Source: Myxococcota bacterium
GTDB taxonomy: Bacteria > Myxococcota_A > UBA796 > SXON01
DNA length: 64,000 nucleotides
Assembly (NCBI GenBank): GCA_040386535.1
Contig: JAZKFH010000055.1
Coordinates: 64,001 to 128,000, forward strand
Direction of reading: 5' to 3'
Shown: positions 38,010-47,776 of the stretch, piece after piece
Numbering within the stretch: position 1 is the first letter of the stretch
Layout: every line of letters starts with the position of its first letter
The notes under the pieces: model-generated
What the model was told of the DNA's origin: nothing
The model's input: only the letters and a program-made list of their open reading frames with translations
Databases searched by the model: none
Translations under genes and position numbers: made by a program

Positions 38010-39712
38010 TGTCCCTGCTCCTCGTCGCCACGCTCGCACGCGCGGGTGGGGGAGACGACCACGACCACGGCCCTCCCATCGCGAGCGCCACCTACACGGT
38101 CGTCACGGCGGACTCCGTCTCGGTGAGCGCGGCCTCGACCACCTTCGAGGCGGTCCTCCGGGCGCCCCGGGCGGCTCCGGGCGTCGCGACCGACGTCTCG
38201 CTCCTCCTCGCGGACTACGCGACGAGCGCCCCGGTCGAGGGAGCCACGGGATCCCTCACGTTGAGCGGGCCCGGGTCGGCGCAGGCGGAGCTCGGGGCGG
38301 CTGGCTCCCCCGGCGCCTACCACGGCGCCCTCACGCTGCCGGCCTACGGCGACTACGCCGGCGCGCTCGTCGTCACCGCGCCCGGCGCGAGCGATCTGCT
38401 CGCCGTCTCCGGCCTCCACTACGACCCGCCCGCCGTCACGAGCGGGGAGGGGATGGGCGCCGGCACCGTGGCCCTCGCCGGCGCGGGCCTGCTCGCGCTG
38501 CTCGGCGTGGTGGCGGTGGTGTTCCTCGGCCTCGGGTTCCTGCTCGGTCGCCGCCGCGCGGCCGCGGCCGTCGCAACCCTGCTCGCCCTCGGCGTCGGCC
38601 TCTCCAGCCGCCGCGTGTCCGCGCACGGCGGGGAGGACCACGGCGAGGCGTCCACCGCGCCCACCGCCCCCGCCGGCGCCGCGCTCGCCCTCCCGATGGA
38701 CAGCCAGTTCCTCGTCGGCCTGCGGACGGCCGTGCTCGCCCGCGACGCCTTCGTCGACCGCGTGCCCGCCCTCGGCCGCTTCGTCGCAAGGCCGGGCGAG
38801 GCCGCCACCCTCGGCGCCCCCGTGGACGGCGTGGTGGTCGCGCCCCCACGCGGCTTTCCGCACCCCGGCCAGGTCGTGAAGGCCGGCGACACGCTCGCGT
38901 TCCTGCAGGAGGTGCCGGGCACCGCCGACCGCGCCGCGATCGCGCAGGAGAGGGGCGGCGCCGCCACCCGTGTGGCCGAGGCGAAGAGCGCGCTCGCCCT
39001 CGCGCAGCGCGACGCCGCCTCGCTCGACGTGCTCGCCGACGCGATCTCCGAGCGCGAGCGCACCGCCCGTCGCAACGCGGTCGAGGTCGCGCGGGTCACG
39101 CTCCAGGAGGCCGAACGGGCGCTCGCGGCCCTCTCCGGAGGGGCCACGGTGGCGATCCGCGCGCCGGTCGACGGGCGCGTCGGCGCGGTCAACGCGCGGC
39201 CGGGCGACCAGGTCGCGGCCGGCACGACGCTCTTCCGCATCGTGGATCCTCGGGGAGGCGGCCTGTGGATGGAGGCCCACGTGCCCGAGCGGCTCGCGCT
39301 CGGTCTGGTCGCCGGCGCCTCCGCGCTGGTCACCCCCTCCGCCCTGCCCGGCCACACGCTCGAGGCCGTCGTGCTCGACGCGGGCCAGGAGGCCGACCCC
39401 GCCACCGGCATGGTCACGGTCACGCTCGCGGTGCAGGCCGGCGACCTCGGGCTGCGGCTCGGCATGGGCGCCACGGCCTGGATCGGGCGCGGCGCCCCTC
39501 GCGACGCGCTGGTGGTGCCCGCCGCCGCCGTCGTGGACAGCAACGGCGCGCGCCTCGCGTTCGTGAAGACCGGCCCCGAGTCGTTCGAGGCCCGCGATCT
39601 GCGCCTCGGCGGCCGCGCCGGCGGCGCCTGGGAGGTGCTCGGGGGGCTCGCGCCCGGCGAGCGCGTCGTCGTGGACGGCACGTACACGCTCCGCAGCATC
39701 GCGGGGCGCTGA
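38009..39712 (+). CDS. RND periplasmic adaptor with extra N-terminal domain and membrane hairpin
   Basis: Overlaps the tolC stop; DDHDHG N-terminus, TM pair, SAHGGEDHG, then MFP motifs APVDG, VPAAAV, GERVVVDG. Confidence 0.85.
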   Translation: MSLLLVATLARAGGGDDHDHGPPIASATYTVVTADSVSVSAASTTFEAVLRAPRAAPGVATDVSLLLADYATSAPVEGATGSLTLSGPGSAQAELGAAGSPGAYHGALTLPAYGDYAGALVVTAPGASDLLAVSGLHYDPPAVTSGEGMGAGTVALAGAGLLALLGVVAVVFLGLGFLLGRRRAAAAVATLLALGVGLSSRRVSAHGGEDHGEASTAPTAPAGAALALPMDSQFLVGLRTAVLARDAFVDRVPALGRFVARPGEAATLGAPVDGVVVAPPRGFPHPGQVVKAGDTLAFLQEVPGTADRAAIAQERGGAATRVAEAKSALALAQRDAASLDVLADAISERERTARRNAVEVARVTLQEAERALAALSGGATVAIRAPVDGRVGAVNARPGDQVAAGTTLFRIVDPRGGGLWMEAHVPERLALGLVAGASALVTPSALPGHTLEAVVLDAGQEADPATGMVTVTLAVQAGDLGLRLGMGATAWIGRGAPRDALVVPAAAVVDSNGARLAFVKTGPESFEARDLRLGGRAGGAWEVLGGLAPGERVVVDGTYTLRSIAGR

Positions 39713-39715
39713 GCC

Positions 39716-42700
39716 ATGTTCAACACGCTCATCCGCTTCTCGCTCCAGAACCGCCTCTTCGTGCTCGTCGTGGCCGCGGTCGTGCTCGCCTGGGGCGGGT
39801 GGACCGCCGCGCGGCTCCCGGTCGACGTGTTCCCCGACCTGAACCGCCCGACCGTGACCCTCCTCACCGAGGCCGGCGGCCTGTCCCCCGAGGAGGTCGA
39901 GCTCCTCGTCACCCGCCCGGTCGAGACGGCGATGAACGGCGCGCCCGGCGTCGAGCGCGTCCGCTCCCAATCCGCGGTCGGGCTCTCGGTCGTGTGGGTG
40001 GAATTCGATTGGGACGTCGACATCTACCGGGCCCGCCAGCAGGTGGCCGAGCGGACCGCGCAGGTGGCGGAATCGCTGCCCGAGGGGGTGGTTCCGACGA
40101 TGGGGCCGGTGAGCTCGATCATGGGCGAGATCCTGCTCGTCGGTGTCGTGTCCCCGGATGGCACGGTGCCGGGGCCGGAGCTCCGCGCGCTCGCCGATTG
40201 GACGCTCCGGCCGCGGCTGCTCGCCATCGGTGGGATCTCCCAGGTCATCGCCATCGGCGGCGGTGTCGAGCAGCTCCACGTCGAGGTCCACCCGGATCGG
40301 CTCGCCCAGCGCGGCCTGACCCTCCGCGACGTGCGCGAGGCCGCCGCCGGCGCGCAGGGGAGCACCACCGGCGGGTTCCTGGAGCAGCAGAGCCAGGAGT
40401 ATGTCGTCCGCAACCTCGCCCGCACGGCCGACCCCGCCGCGATCGGGGACACCGTGGTCGCCACGCGGGACGGCGTCCCCATCACGCTCGCGGACGTGGC
40501 GGACGTGCGCCGGGGCATCGGCACCCAACGCGGCGACGCGGGCGTGAACGGCCAGCCCGCCGTGGTCCTCTCGGTGCAGAAGCAGCCGGGCACCGACACC
40601 ATCGTGCTCACCGAGCAGGTCGAGCACGCGCTGGACGAGCTTCGTCGCGGCCTGCCCGCGGGGGTCGAGGTGGTGCCGCTGTTCCGCCAGGCCGACTTCA
40701 TCGAGGCCTCCGTGTCCAACGTCGAGGAGGCGCTCCGCGACGGCGCGATCCTCGTCACCATCATCCTCGTCCTGTTCCTGCTCAACGTCCGCACCACCGC
40801 GATCACCCTCACCGCGATTCCCCTCTCGATGGTCGTCGCGGCGCTCGCGCTCCAGGCGTTCGGCCTCACCCTCAACACGATGACGCTCGGCGGCCTCGCG
40901 GTCGCCATCGGCGAGCTCGTGGACGACGCGATCGTAGACGTGGAGAACGTGTATCGCCGCCTGCGGGAGAACCGCGCGCTCCCAACTCCCCGCGCGCCGC
41001 TCCGTGTCATCCTCGACGCGAGCGTGGAGGTGCGCAGCTCCATCGTCTTCTCCACGCTCCTCGTCATCCTCGTGTTCATCCCGCTGTTCGCGCTCTCGGG
41101 CATCGAGGGCCGCCTGTTCGCGCCGCTCGGCGTCGCCTACATCGCCTCGATCGTGGCCTCGATGGTCGTGTCGCTGACGGTCACGCCGGTGCTCGCGTCG
41201 TACCTGCTGCCGCGGATGACACAGAAACAGGAGCGCGGGGACGGTTGGTTGGTGCGCAAGCTCAAGGGCCTCGACCGCCGGGCGTTGGAGTGGGCGCTCC
41301 CCCGTCCGAAGACAATCCTGTTCGCCGTCGGTGGTGCCGTGCTGGTCGCCGCGCTGAGCGTCCCGTTCCTCGGTACCAGCTTCCTCCCGCCCTTCAACGA
41401 GGGCACGGCCACGGTCAACCTGCTCGCCACCCCGGGCACGAGCCTCACCGAGTCCGACAAGCTCGGCACGCTCGCCGAGCGGCTCCTGCTCGAGGTCCCC
41501 GAGGTCAAGAGCACGGGCCGCCGCACCGGTCGCGCCGAGATGGACGAGCACGCCGAGGGCGTGCATTACACCGAGATCGACGTCGACTTCGAGGCCGCCG
41601 TGAGGGGAGGGCGCCCGCGCGAGGAGGTCCTCGCCGAGATTCGTGGCAAGCTCGCGCGGATCCCGGGCGTGGTCACCAACATCGGCCAGCCCATCGGCCA
41701 CCGCCTCGACCACCTGCTCTCGGGCGTGCGCGCGCAGATCGCCATCAAGGTGTTCGGGCCCGATCTCGCCACGCTCCGCGGCGAGGCGGCGCGGATCGAG
41801 GAGCGGCTCGCGCCCATCCCGGGGCTGGTCGACCTTCAGGTCGAGCGCCAGGTGCTCATCCCGCAGGTGCAGGTGCGCGTCGACCGCGACGCGGCCAAAC
41901 GTTTCGGCGTAGCGCCTGGACACCTCGCCGAGGATCTCGAGACCGCGCTCGGCGGCGTGCGGGTCGCGCAGGTGCTCGACGGCGTGCGGACCCTGGATCT
42001 CGTGACCCGCTACGCGCCCGAGTGGCGCGGCGACATCGAGCGCATCGGCATCACGCCCGTGTCACTGGAGGGGGGCCGCACCGTCACCCTGGGCCAGCTC
42101 GCCGAGGTGTCGGCCGGGACCGGGCCCAACCAGGTGGTCCACGAGGACGGCCAGCGCCGCATCGCCATCTCCGCGAACACGGCGGGGCGGGACGTGGGAA
42201 GCGTGGTGGGTGACATCCAAGTCGCCTTGGAAGGGCTCACCCTGCCGACCGGCTACTACTGGACCATCGGCGGCCAATTCGAGAGCCAGCAGTCGGCGAG
42301 CCGCACCATCGGCCTGCTCTCGCTCCTGTCGCTCGCGGGCATGTACGCCGTGCTGTTCGCGCACTTCCGCTCGCACGCGCTCACGCTCCAGGTGCTCCTC
42401 AACATCCCGCTCGCGCTGATCGGCTCCGTCGCGGCCATCTGGATCTCGGGCCAGCCCCTCTCGGTCGCAACGTTGGTCGGCTTCATCACCTTGTGTGGCA
42501 TCGCCTCGCGCAACACCATCCTGATGCTCTCCCACTACATCCACCTCGTCCGCCACGAGGGCGAGGTGTTCGGGCCCGCGATGGTCGTCCGCGGCTCGCT
42601 CGAGCGGCTGGTGCCCGTCGCGATGACCGCGTTGTGCGCCGGCATCGCGCTGATCCCGCTCGCGTTCGCGGGTGGCACGCCGGGCAAGGAGATCCTCACC

Positions 42701-42850
42701 CCGGTCGCCCAGGTCATCCTCGGCGGCCTCCTCTCCTCCACGCTGCTGGACATGGTGGTGACCCCCACGGTGTTCCTCCGCTACGGCGGCGACGCGCTCC
42801 GCTCGCTCGTGTCCGGCGCCGACGCCACCGACCCGCTCGAGACGACGTGA
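39716..42850 (+). CDS. CusA/CzcA-family (HME) RND transporter
   Basis: PVDVFPDLNRPTV, TM4 AIGELVDDAIVDVEN, EMDEHAEGVH, ERLVPVAMTA, GKEILTP. Confidence 0.92.
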   Translation: MFNTLIRFSLQNRLFVLVVAAVVLAWGGWTAARLPVDVFPDLNRPTVTLLTEAGGLSPEEVELLVTRPVETAMNGAPGVERVRSQSAVGLSVVWVEFDWDVDIYRARQQVAERTAQVAESLPEGVVPTMGPVSSIMGEILLVGVVSPDGTVPGPELRALADWTLRPRLLAIGGISQVIAIGGGVEQLHVEVHPDRLAQRGLTLRDVREAAAGAQGSTTGGFLEQQSQEYVVRNLARTADPAAIGDTVVATRDGVPITLADVADVRRGIGTQRGDAGVNGQPAVVLSVQKQPGTDTIVLTEQVEHALDELRRGLPAGVEVVPLFRQADFIEASVSNVEEALRDGAILVTIILVLFLLNVRTTAITLTAIPLSMVVAALALQAFGLTLNTMTLGGLAVAIGELVDDAIVDVENVYRRLRENRALPTPRAPLRVILDASVEVRSSIVFSTLLVILVFIPLFALSGIEGRLFAPLGVAYIASIVASMVVSLTVTPVLASYLLPRMTQKQERGDGWLVRKLKGLDRRALEWALPRPKTILFAVGGAVLVAALSVPFLGTSFLPPFNEGTATVNLLATPGTSLTESDKLGTLAERLLLEVPEVKSTGRRTGRAEMDEHAEGVHYTEIDVDFEAAVRGGRPREEVLAEIRGKLARIPGVVTNIGQPIGHRLDHLLSGVRAQIAIKVFGPDLATLRGEAARIEERLAPIPGLVDLQVERQVLIPQVQVRVDRDAAKRFGVAPGHLAEDLETALGGVRVAQVLDGVRTLDLVTRYAPEWRGDIERIGITPVSLEGGRTVTLGQLAEVSAGTGPNQVVHEDGQRRIAISANTAGRDVGSVVGDIQVALEGLTLPTGYYWTIGGQFESQQSASRTIGLLSLLSLAGMYAVLFAHFRSHALTLQVLLNIPLALIGSVAAIWISGQPLSVATLVGFITLCGIASRNTILMLSHYIHLVRHEGEVFGPAMVVRGSLERLVPVAMTALCAGIALIPLAFAGGTPGKEILTPVAQVILGGLLSSTLLDMVVTPTVFLRYGGDALRSLVSGADATDPLETT

Positions 42851-42888
42851 CACATCCCCGTTTCCAACTCCCACCCAGGACCTCTGCC

Positions 42889-43677
42889 ATGCGTTTCCTG
42901 CTCCCTTTCGTCCTCCTCGCCGCCTGTTCCACCGAGCCCACGGCTACCGAGCCGGCGCCCGCCGCTCCAGCGCCCGCCGCTCCAGCGCCCGCCGCCGATC
43001 ACGCCGACGGCGAGCACGCCCACGCGAGCCCGCACGGCGGCGAGATCAAGACCGTCGGGAACCGCCACGTCGAGGCGCTGTTCATGCCGGGCGGCATCAT
43101 GGTCTGGCTCACCGACACGGCCGAGAAGCCGCTCCCTCTCGACGGCATCACCGGCTCCGCCGTGGTGAAGGGGCCTGGCGGCGTCGAGACGGTCACGCTC
43201 GCGCCGATGGGCGATCACTTGCACGCCGTCGCGAAGCTCGCCCAGGGTGAGCCGGCCACGGCGGTGCTCACACTGACGAGCAGCGGCAAGGCCGAGAGCG
43301 TGTCATTCGAGACCAACGCGGTCGGCCTCCAGGAGCACGACCACACCTCGCTCCACGGCGGCCAGGTCGGCATGTGGGGCGACTATCACCTCGAGTACGC
43401 ACCCATCGACGGGGAGCACCGGGTGTGGGTCACGGACGCCAAGCGCGTGCCGGTCGCGGGCGTGACCGGCTCGTTGACAGACGGCGAGACCGCGGTCCCG
43501 CTCACGTTCGACCCCGCCACGGGCAAACTCGCGGGCAAGGCCGACGGCGCCGGGACCCGGCCGGTGATGGTCGACGTGAAGGTGGGCGAGACCACCTTCT
43601 CGCTGGGGTTCAACGCGGCGTCGCCGCCACCCGCCAAGGGGTACGAGCACAGTCCGCACGGACACGGGCACGAGTAG
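42889..43677 (+). CDS. His-rich lipoprotein with duplicated HGG...HxE domain, putative metal chaperone
   Basis: Lipobox LAAC; HAHASPHGGE...HVE and HDHTSLHGGQ...HLE; C-terminal HSPHGHGHE. Confidence 0.75.
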   Translation: MRFLLPFVLLAACSTEPTATEPAPAAPAPAAPAPAADHADGEHAHASPHGGEIKTVGNRHVEALFMPGGIMVWLTDTAEKPLPLDGITGSAVVKGPGGVETVTLAPMGDHLHAVAKLAQGEPATAVLTLTSSGKAESVSFETNAVGLQEHDHTSLHGGQVGMWGDYHLEYAPIDGEHRVWVTDAKRVPVAGVTGSLTDGETAVPLTFDPATGKLAGKADGAGTRPVMVDVKVGETTFSLGFNAASPPPAKGYEHSPHGHGHE

Positions 43678-43689
43678 ACGGAGCCGCAA

Positions 43690-44349
43690 TCATCGGTGCG
43701 TCACGACGAGGTCGTAGATCGCGACCTCGCCGTACGCGTCGGGGCGATCCCCCATCTCCTCGTTGGATTGGGTGTACGCGCCGGCCTTGAAATAGCAGGT
43801 GTCCGCGTCGACCGGGATGCGCGCCACGGGCACGGTCATGTCCTCGTAGTACACGGCCACCTGCCCGTTCGCGGCGACGAACCGCACCGTGAACACCTCG
43901 CCCAGGGTGTAGCTGGGATCGAGCTCCACGAGCGGATCGCCCTCGGTCTCGACCATGAGGCGCTCACCTTCGAGGCGAAACACCACCACGTCGTCGGAGC
44001 CGTCGTGGACCTGACCGGCCACGACGTGGGGCTTGACCTCGGGGACGTGGGTGATCGCCTGGGTGATCGTCATCGTGTGCTCGCCCACGTTGGTCGACCA
44101 CGCGGCGCGCTCGCCCATGGCGGTCATCTCGCGCAGCTCGGTGCGCGCGTAGCCCGATCCGGCGGTCGTCACGCCCCCGGCGTTGGCCCGGAACCACACC
44201 GCGGTACCGGAGCGGTTGACCTGGAAGTAGGGGGGGTGGGTGAAGGTGGAGAGATCCGCGGGGAAGATCTCGGTTGGTTCGTCGTCGACACCTGTCGGCA
44301 AGGTGAGCGCCCACCTGCTGAGGTCCAATAGATCGGCTGGGAAGAACAT
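43690..44349 (-). CDS. Polysaccharide lyase family 7 (alginate lyase-like)
   Basis: Conserved PL7 motifs RTELRE, GQVH, YFKAGAYTQ. Confidence 0.88.
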   Translation of the reverse strand: MFFPADLLDLSRWALTLPTGVDDEPTEIFPADLSTFTHPPYFQVNRSGTAVWFRANAGGVTTAGSGYARTELREMTAMGERAAWSTNVGEHTMTITQAITHVPEVKPHVVAGQVHDGSDDVVVFRLEGERLMVETEGDPLVELDPSYTLGEVFTVRFVAANGQVAVYYEDMTVPVARIPVDADTCYFKAGAYTQSNEEMGDRPDAYGEVAIYDLVVTHR

Positions 44350-44538
44350 GCTAGCTCACTAGCCACACGCCCGTCGATCAGCGGCTTGTCTCCTGCCTTC
44401 TCGGGTTCTCTCGGCGCGGGCGTGACAAACGACGACCGTGTCGCGTGGCGGGGCTCGCGCCACGCCTGGCTCGTGCCGACGCGGTCCGGCTTGTTCGACG
44501 CCTGTTTGCGCCTACGCAGGATGATCGATGGAGACGAC

Positions 44539-45492
44539 ATGCGACGTGGAACCTGGGTGATACTGTTGGTGACGGCGGGAGTGGTGGCCGGGGGATGTGG
44601 CGGCCGGCGCGGGCAACCGATCGAACAATCGGGCGCGTCGCAGGCGCCGGAAGGGTGGCAGGAGTGGCCTCCGGAGCGGGAAGGGGAGGGGCCCGGAGGC
44701 CCGGCGCCCGGTGGCCAGCCCCCGCTGGGGCCGCAGCTCGGGACGAACGGCGCGGATGGCGCGGGAACCGATGGCACCGGCACGGATGGCACCGCTGAGG
44801 AGGATCGCGCGCTCGACGAAGCGCGTGAGTGGGCCGCGGACGCCGACGATGCGGCGCGGAACGCGGCGGCCAATGCGGCGGCGGCCCAGGAGGCGGCGCG
44901 GGCGGCGGCGGCGCAGGCGGCGGCGGCCAAGGAGGCTTCGACGGAGGCGGCGCGGGCGGCGGGGGTGGAGACCACGGGACCGGAGGCGCCGGAGATGGCA
45001 ACCCAGATCCCGGGTGTGGAGCGGGCCGACGCCGATCGCCAGCGGGTCGACGAGGCGCTCGCCGGCCTCGCCACGCGCATCGACGAGGTGCGGGTGTCCC
45101 AGGATCTACGCCACCACGACCTCGGTAGCGCCTTCCAGCACCTCGCCGACGCGATGGTCGCCCTCTCCGCCGCGGAGAACGTGCGCGCCCCGGTGACACG
45201 GATGCTCGACTTCTCGCGGCAGATCACCGAGTCGGATCCGATGTCGCCCGACCACACCGACTGGGCGCGGCTCGCGCTCCAGCAGGGCGCCGAGGCGCTC
45301 ACCGCCTTGGTGGGCGACGTCGGCGCGGCGGACATGGCGACCCGCCTCACGACGATCCGCGCCACGATCGACACGATCGACGTGGACCGTCCGCTGCTCC
45401 GGCAGACCCAGCCGGTCGCGGACGCGCTGTACCAGATGGGCGGCGTGATCGCGGAGCTCAACCGCGCGCCGGAGGCGGTCGGCGCCCGCTGA
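44539..45492 (+). CDS. Hypothetical lipoprotein with Ala-rich coiled coil
   Basis: GGAG SD, signal ending AGGC, low-complexity linker, helical C-terminal domain. Confidence 0.7.
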   Translation: MRRGTWVILLVTAGVVAGGCGGRRGQPIEQSGASQAPEGWQEWPPEREGEGPGGPAPGGQPPLGPQLGTNGADGAGTDGTGTDGTAEEDRALDEAREWAADADDAARNAAANAAAAQEAARAAAAQAAAAKEASTEAARAAGVETTGPEAPEMATQIPGVERADADRQRVDEALAGLATRIDEVRVSQDLRHHDLGSAFQHLADAMVALSAAENVRAPVTRMLDFSRQITESDPMSPDHTDWARLALQQGAEALTALVGDVGAADMATRLTTIRATIDTIDVDRPLLRQTQPVADALYQMGGVIAELNRAPEAVGAR

Positions 45493-45508
45493 ACCGGCCG
45501 TTCATGGG

Positions 45509-47017
45509 GTGTATTTCCGATCAGGGCCCCGGTCCCGTGCCTACGGAGAGCCTTCCACCGGAGCTCTCCTGGCCCGCCGCACGCCCCTCGCCCTGCCCCC
45601 GCTGCCCATCAAGATCGAGCCCGTCTCCAACGGGGAGTACCTGCCGGTGCCGCTCCCGCCGGCGCTCGCGCGGGTGCGCCGAGAGGCCGTGGCCCGCGTC
45701 GACACGAACGCCGACCGCGCCGGGATCGACCGCCGCGTGTTCCTCGGCACCACCTGTGCGTCCGCCACGGTGCTGCTCGGCCTCAACTCGCTCGGGTGTG
45801 GCGGCGGGCGTTACCGGCTCCCGCCCGAGGCCGCTCACGAGGCCGCGGCCGCCGACGTGCTCGCGGGCGACGAGTTCATCTTCGACGTCCAGACCCACCT
45901 CGTCGCGGGCGACCGCCCGTGGTGGCGCGCCGAGGAGCCCAACCTCGGCGATTTCTTGCGCACCCAACCCTCTTCCCAGTGCGGCGAGCCCGACTGGGTA
46001 CAGTGTTTCACCGAGGATCCCTTCATCAAGGAGGTGTTCCTCGACAGTGACACGAAAATGGCCGTGCTCTCCGCGTTGTGGGGTGACCTCGAGGCCAACC
46101 CGCTGCTCGTGCAGGAGGCCGCGCGCGCCCGGGACCGCATCGCCCGGATGGAGGGCGCCCCGCGGTTGCGCATCCACGGCATCGTCGAGCCCAACGCCCG
46201 CTCCCCCGAGCTGACCGACGAGGCCATGCCCGCGCTCGCGGAGGCGTGGGATGTGGCGGCGTGGAAGCTCTACCCGGTGTGGGGCCCCGACGGGGAGGGG
46301 TATCGCCTCACCGACGAGCTCGCCGCGCGCGTGTTCGAGAAGGGGATCTCCCTCGGAAAGAACCGCTTCGCCATCCACAAAGGATTGCCGCTCCCGGGCA
46401 TGGCGCCGGACTACACGAGCCCGCTCGACGTTGGGCCGGCCGCCAAGGCGTACCCCGACGCGGTCCTGCTCATCTACCACTCCGGCTACGAGTCCGACCG
46501 GCGCGAGGGCCCCTACGATCCGCGCGCCGACCGCGGTGTCGACGCGTTGATCCGCAGCCTCGCGGAGGCCGGCATCGGCAAGGACGGCAACGTGTACGCC
46601 GAGCTCGGCTCGTTGTGGCGCAACGTCATGACCGACCCCGACCAGGCCGCGCACGTGCTCGGCAAGCTGCTCACCCACGTCGGCGAGGACCGCATCCTCT
46701 GGGGCACCGACTCCATCTGGTACGGCTCGCCCCAGGACCAGATCCAGGCCTTCCGCGCGTTCGAGATCACCCCCGAATTCCAGGAGCGCTACGGCTACCC
46801 CGCGCTCACCCCCGTCGCGAAGGCAAAGATCTTCGGCCTGAACGCCGCACGGGTCTACGACGTCGACCCCGACGAGATGCGCCGCGCCCTCGCCTGGGAC
46901 GCCCTGGCCAACGCGAAGCGCGTGTACGAGCAGGCGCCGTCACCCTCGTTCCGCACGTACGGGCCCCGGACGCGGCGCGAGTTGTTCGCGTTCTTGCGGG
47001 CGGAGCGGGGTGGGTAG
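45509..47017 (+). CDS. Amidohydrolase_2 family protein
   Basis: FDVQTH, WKLY, IHKG, YHSG, LWGTDSIW, KIFGLNAAR; internal RRVFL Tat-like motif. Confidence 0.88.
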   Translation: MYFRSGPRSRAYGEPSTGALLARRTPLALPPLPIKIEPVSNGEYLPVPLPPALARVRREAVARVDTNADRAGIDRRVFLGTTCASATVLLGLNSLGCGGGRYRLPPEAAHEAAAADVLAGDEFIFDVQTHLVAGDRPWWRAEEPNLGDFLRTQPSSQCGEPDWVQCFTEDPFIKEVFLDSDTKMAVLSALWGDLEANPLLVQEAARARDRIARMEGAPRLRIHGIVEPNARSPELTDEAMPALAEAWDVAAWKLYPVWGPDGEGYRLTDELAARVFEKGISLGKNRFAIHKGLPLPGMAPDYTSPLDVGPAAKAYPDAVLLIYHSGYESDRREGPYDPRADRGVDALIRSLAEAGIGKDGNVYAELGSLWRNVMTDPDQAAHVLGKLLTHVGEDRILWGTDSIWYGSPQDQIQAFRAFEITPEFQERYGYPALTPVAKAKIFGLNAARVYDVDPDEMRRALAWDALANAKRVYEQAPSPSFRTYGPRTRRELFAFLRAERGG

Positions 47018-47248
47018 GGTCGGGCCTGACTTGGTTTGCCATGTTGGGCGCGACCCCAGCGCGGACGCCGGGGTCGGTCTCCTGCGGGCGCGGGCTCCGC
47101 CCTTGGTTGGCACGTCGGCGCCGCGCCGCCGGGTGCCGAACCGCCCGGCCCCGGCCGGGCGCCCTCCGGAGCCCTCGCGCGACGGCGCGGATTCATGTGA
47201 CGCGGTCGAGTGGGGAGCGTATTGCTTGTAGGAGCGGCCGAAGTCGTT

Positions 47249-47380
47249 GGATGACGACGCATCCCCTGACCTCGAGCGGACATAGCGTCCGGAGTGAGGG
47301 GATGGGCGCGCATCCCGCGACTTCGGACGGATATACCGTCAGAAGTGACCGGATGGGTGCGCATCCCCCGACCTTGGACG
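47249..47380. repeat. Degenerate 51-bp tandem repeat (about 2.6 copies), each opening with a GGATG-N6-CATCC hairpin
   Basis: Units start at 47249, 47300 and 47351. Confidence 0.75.
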
Positions 47381-47776
47381 CTCGCCCCGGTCCTCCCCTC
47401 CCAATTCGGCGCGCCGCCGCCCGGCCGGCCATCGACGCCGTTCTCGCACGATGCGATCCGCGCCTGTCACCGCCCGCGCCAGGCGCCTGGAGGGCGGCCG
47501 GCTCGGCGGCCGGTCCCGCCCGGGCTCCGCGTCCGCGCGGAGTCCGGGCGGACCAAGCGGCTCCGCCGCGCGCCCAGTAGGGGCCGACGGGCCCGCGTCC
47601 CCGCGGGCCCGGGGCGCCCGAACCGGCGCTGGCACGCAACGCCATCACGACCGGCAGCGTCCGAGCCAACGGTTCCCCCGACCGCGCCGGTGCGAACGAT
47701 GTCATCGCAGGGCGCCGCGGCGTGTTGCCAGTCCCGGCGCCTCGCGTGATGACTCCCACTCCACCCGGACCTCCGC

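Noticed and set aside
47249..47380. CRISPR array
   Set aside because: Fewer than three full units, the would-be spacers resemble each other, the repeats are degenerate, and no cas genes are in the window.
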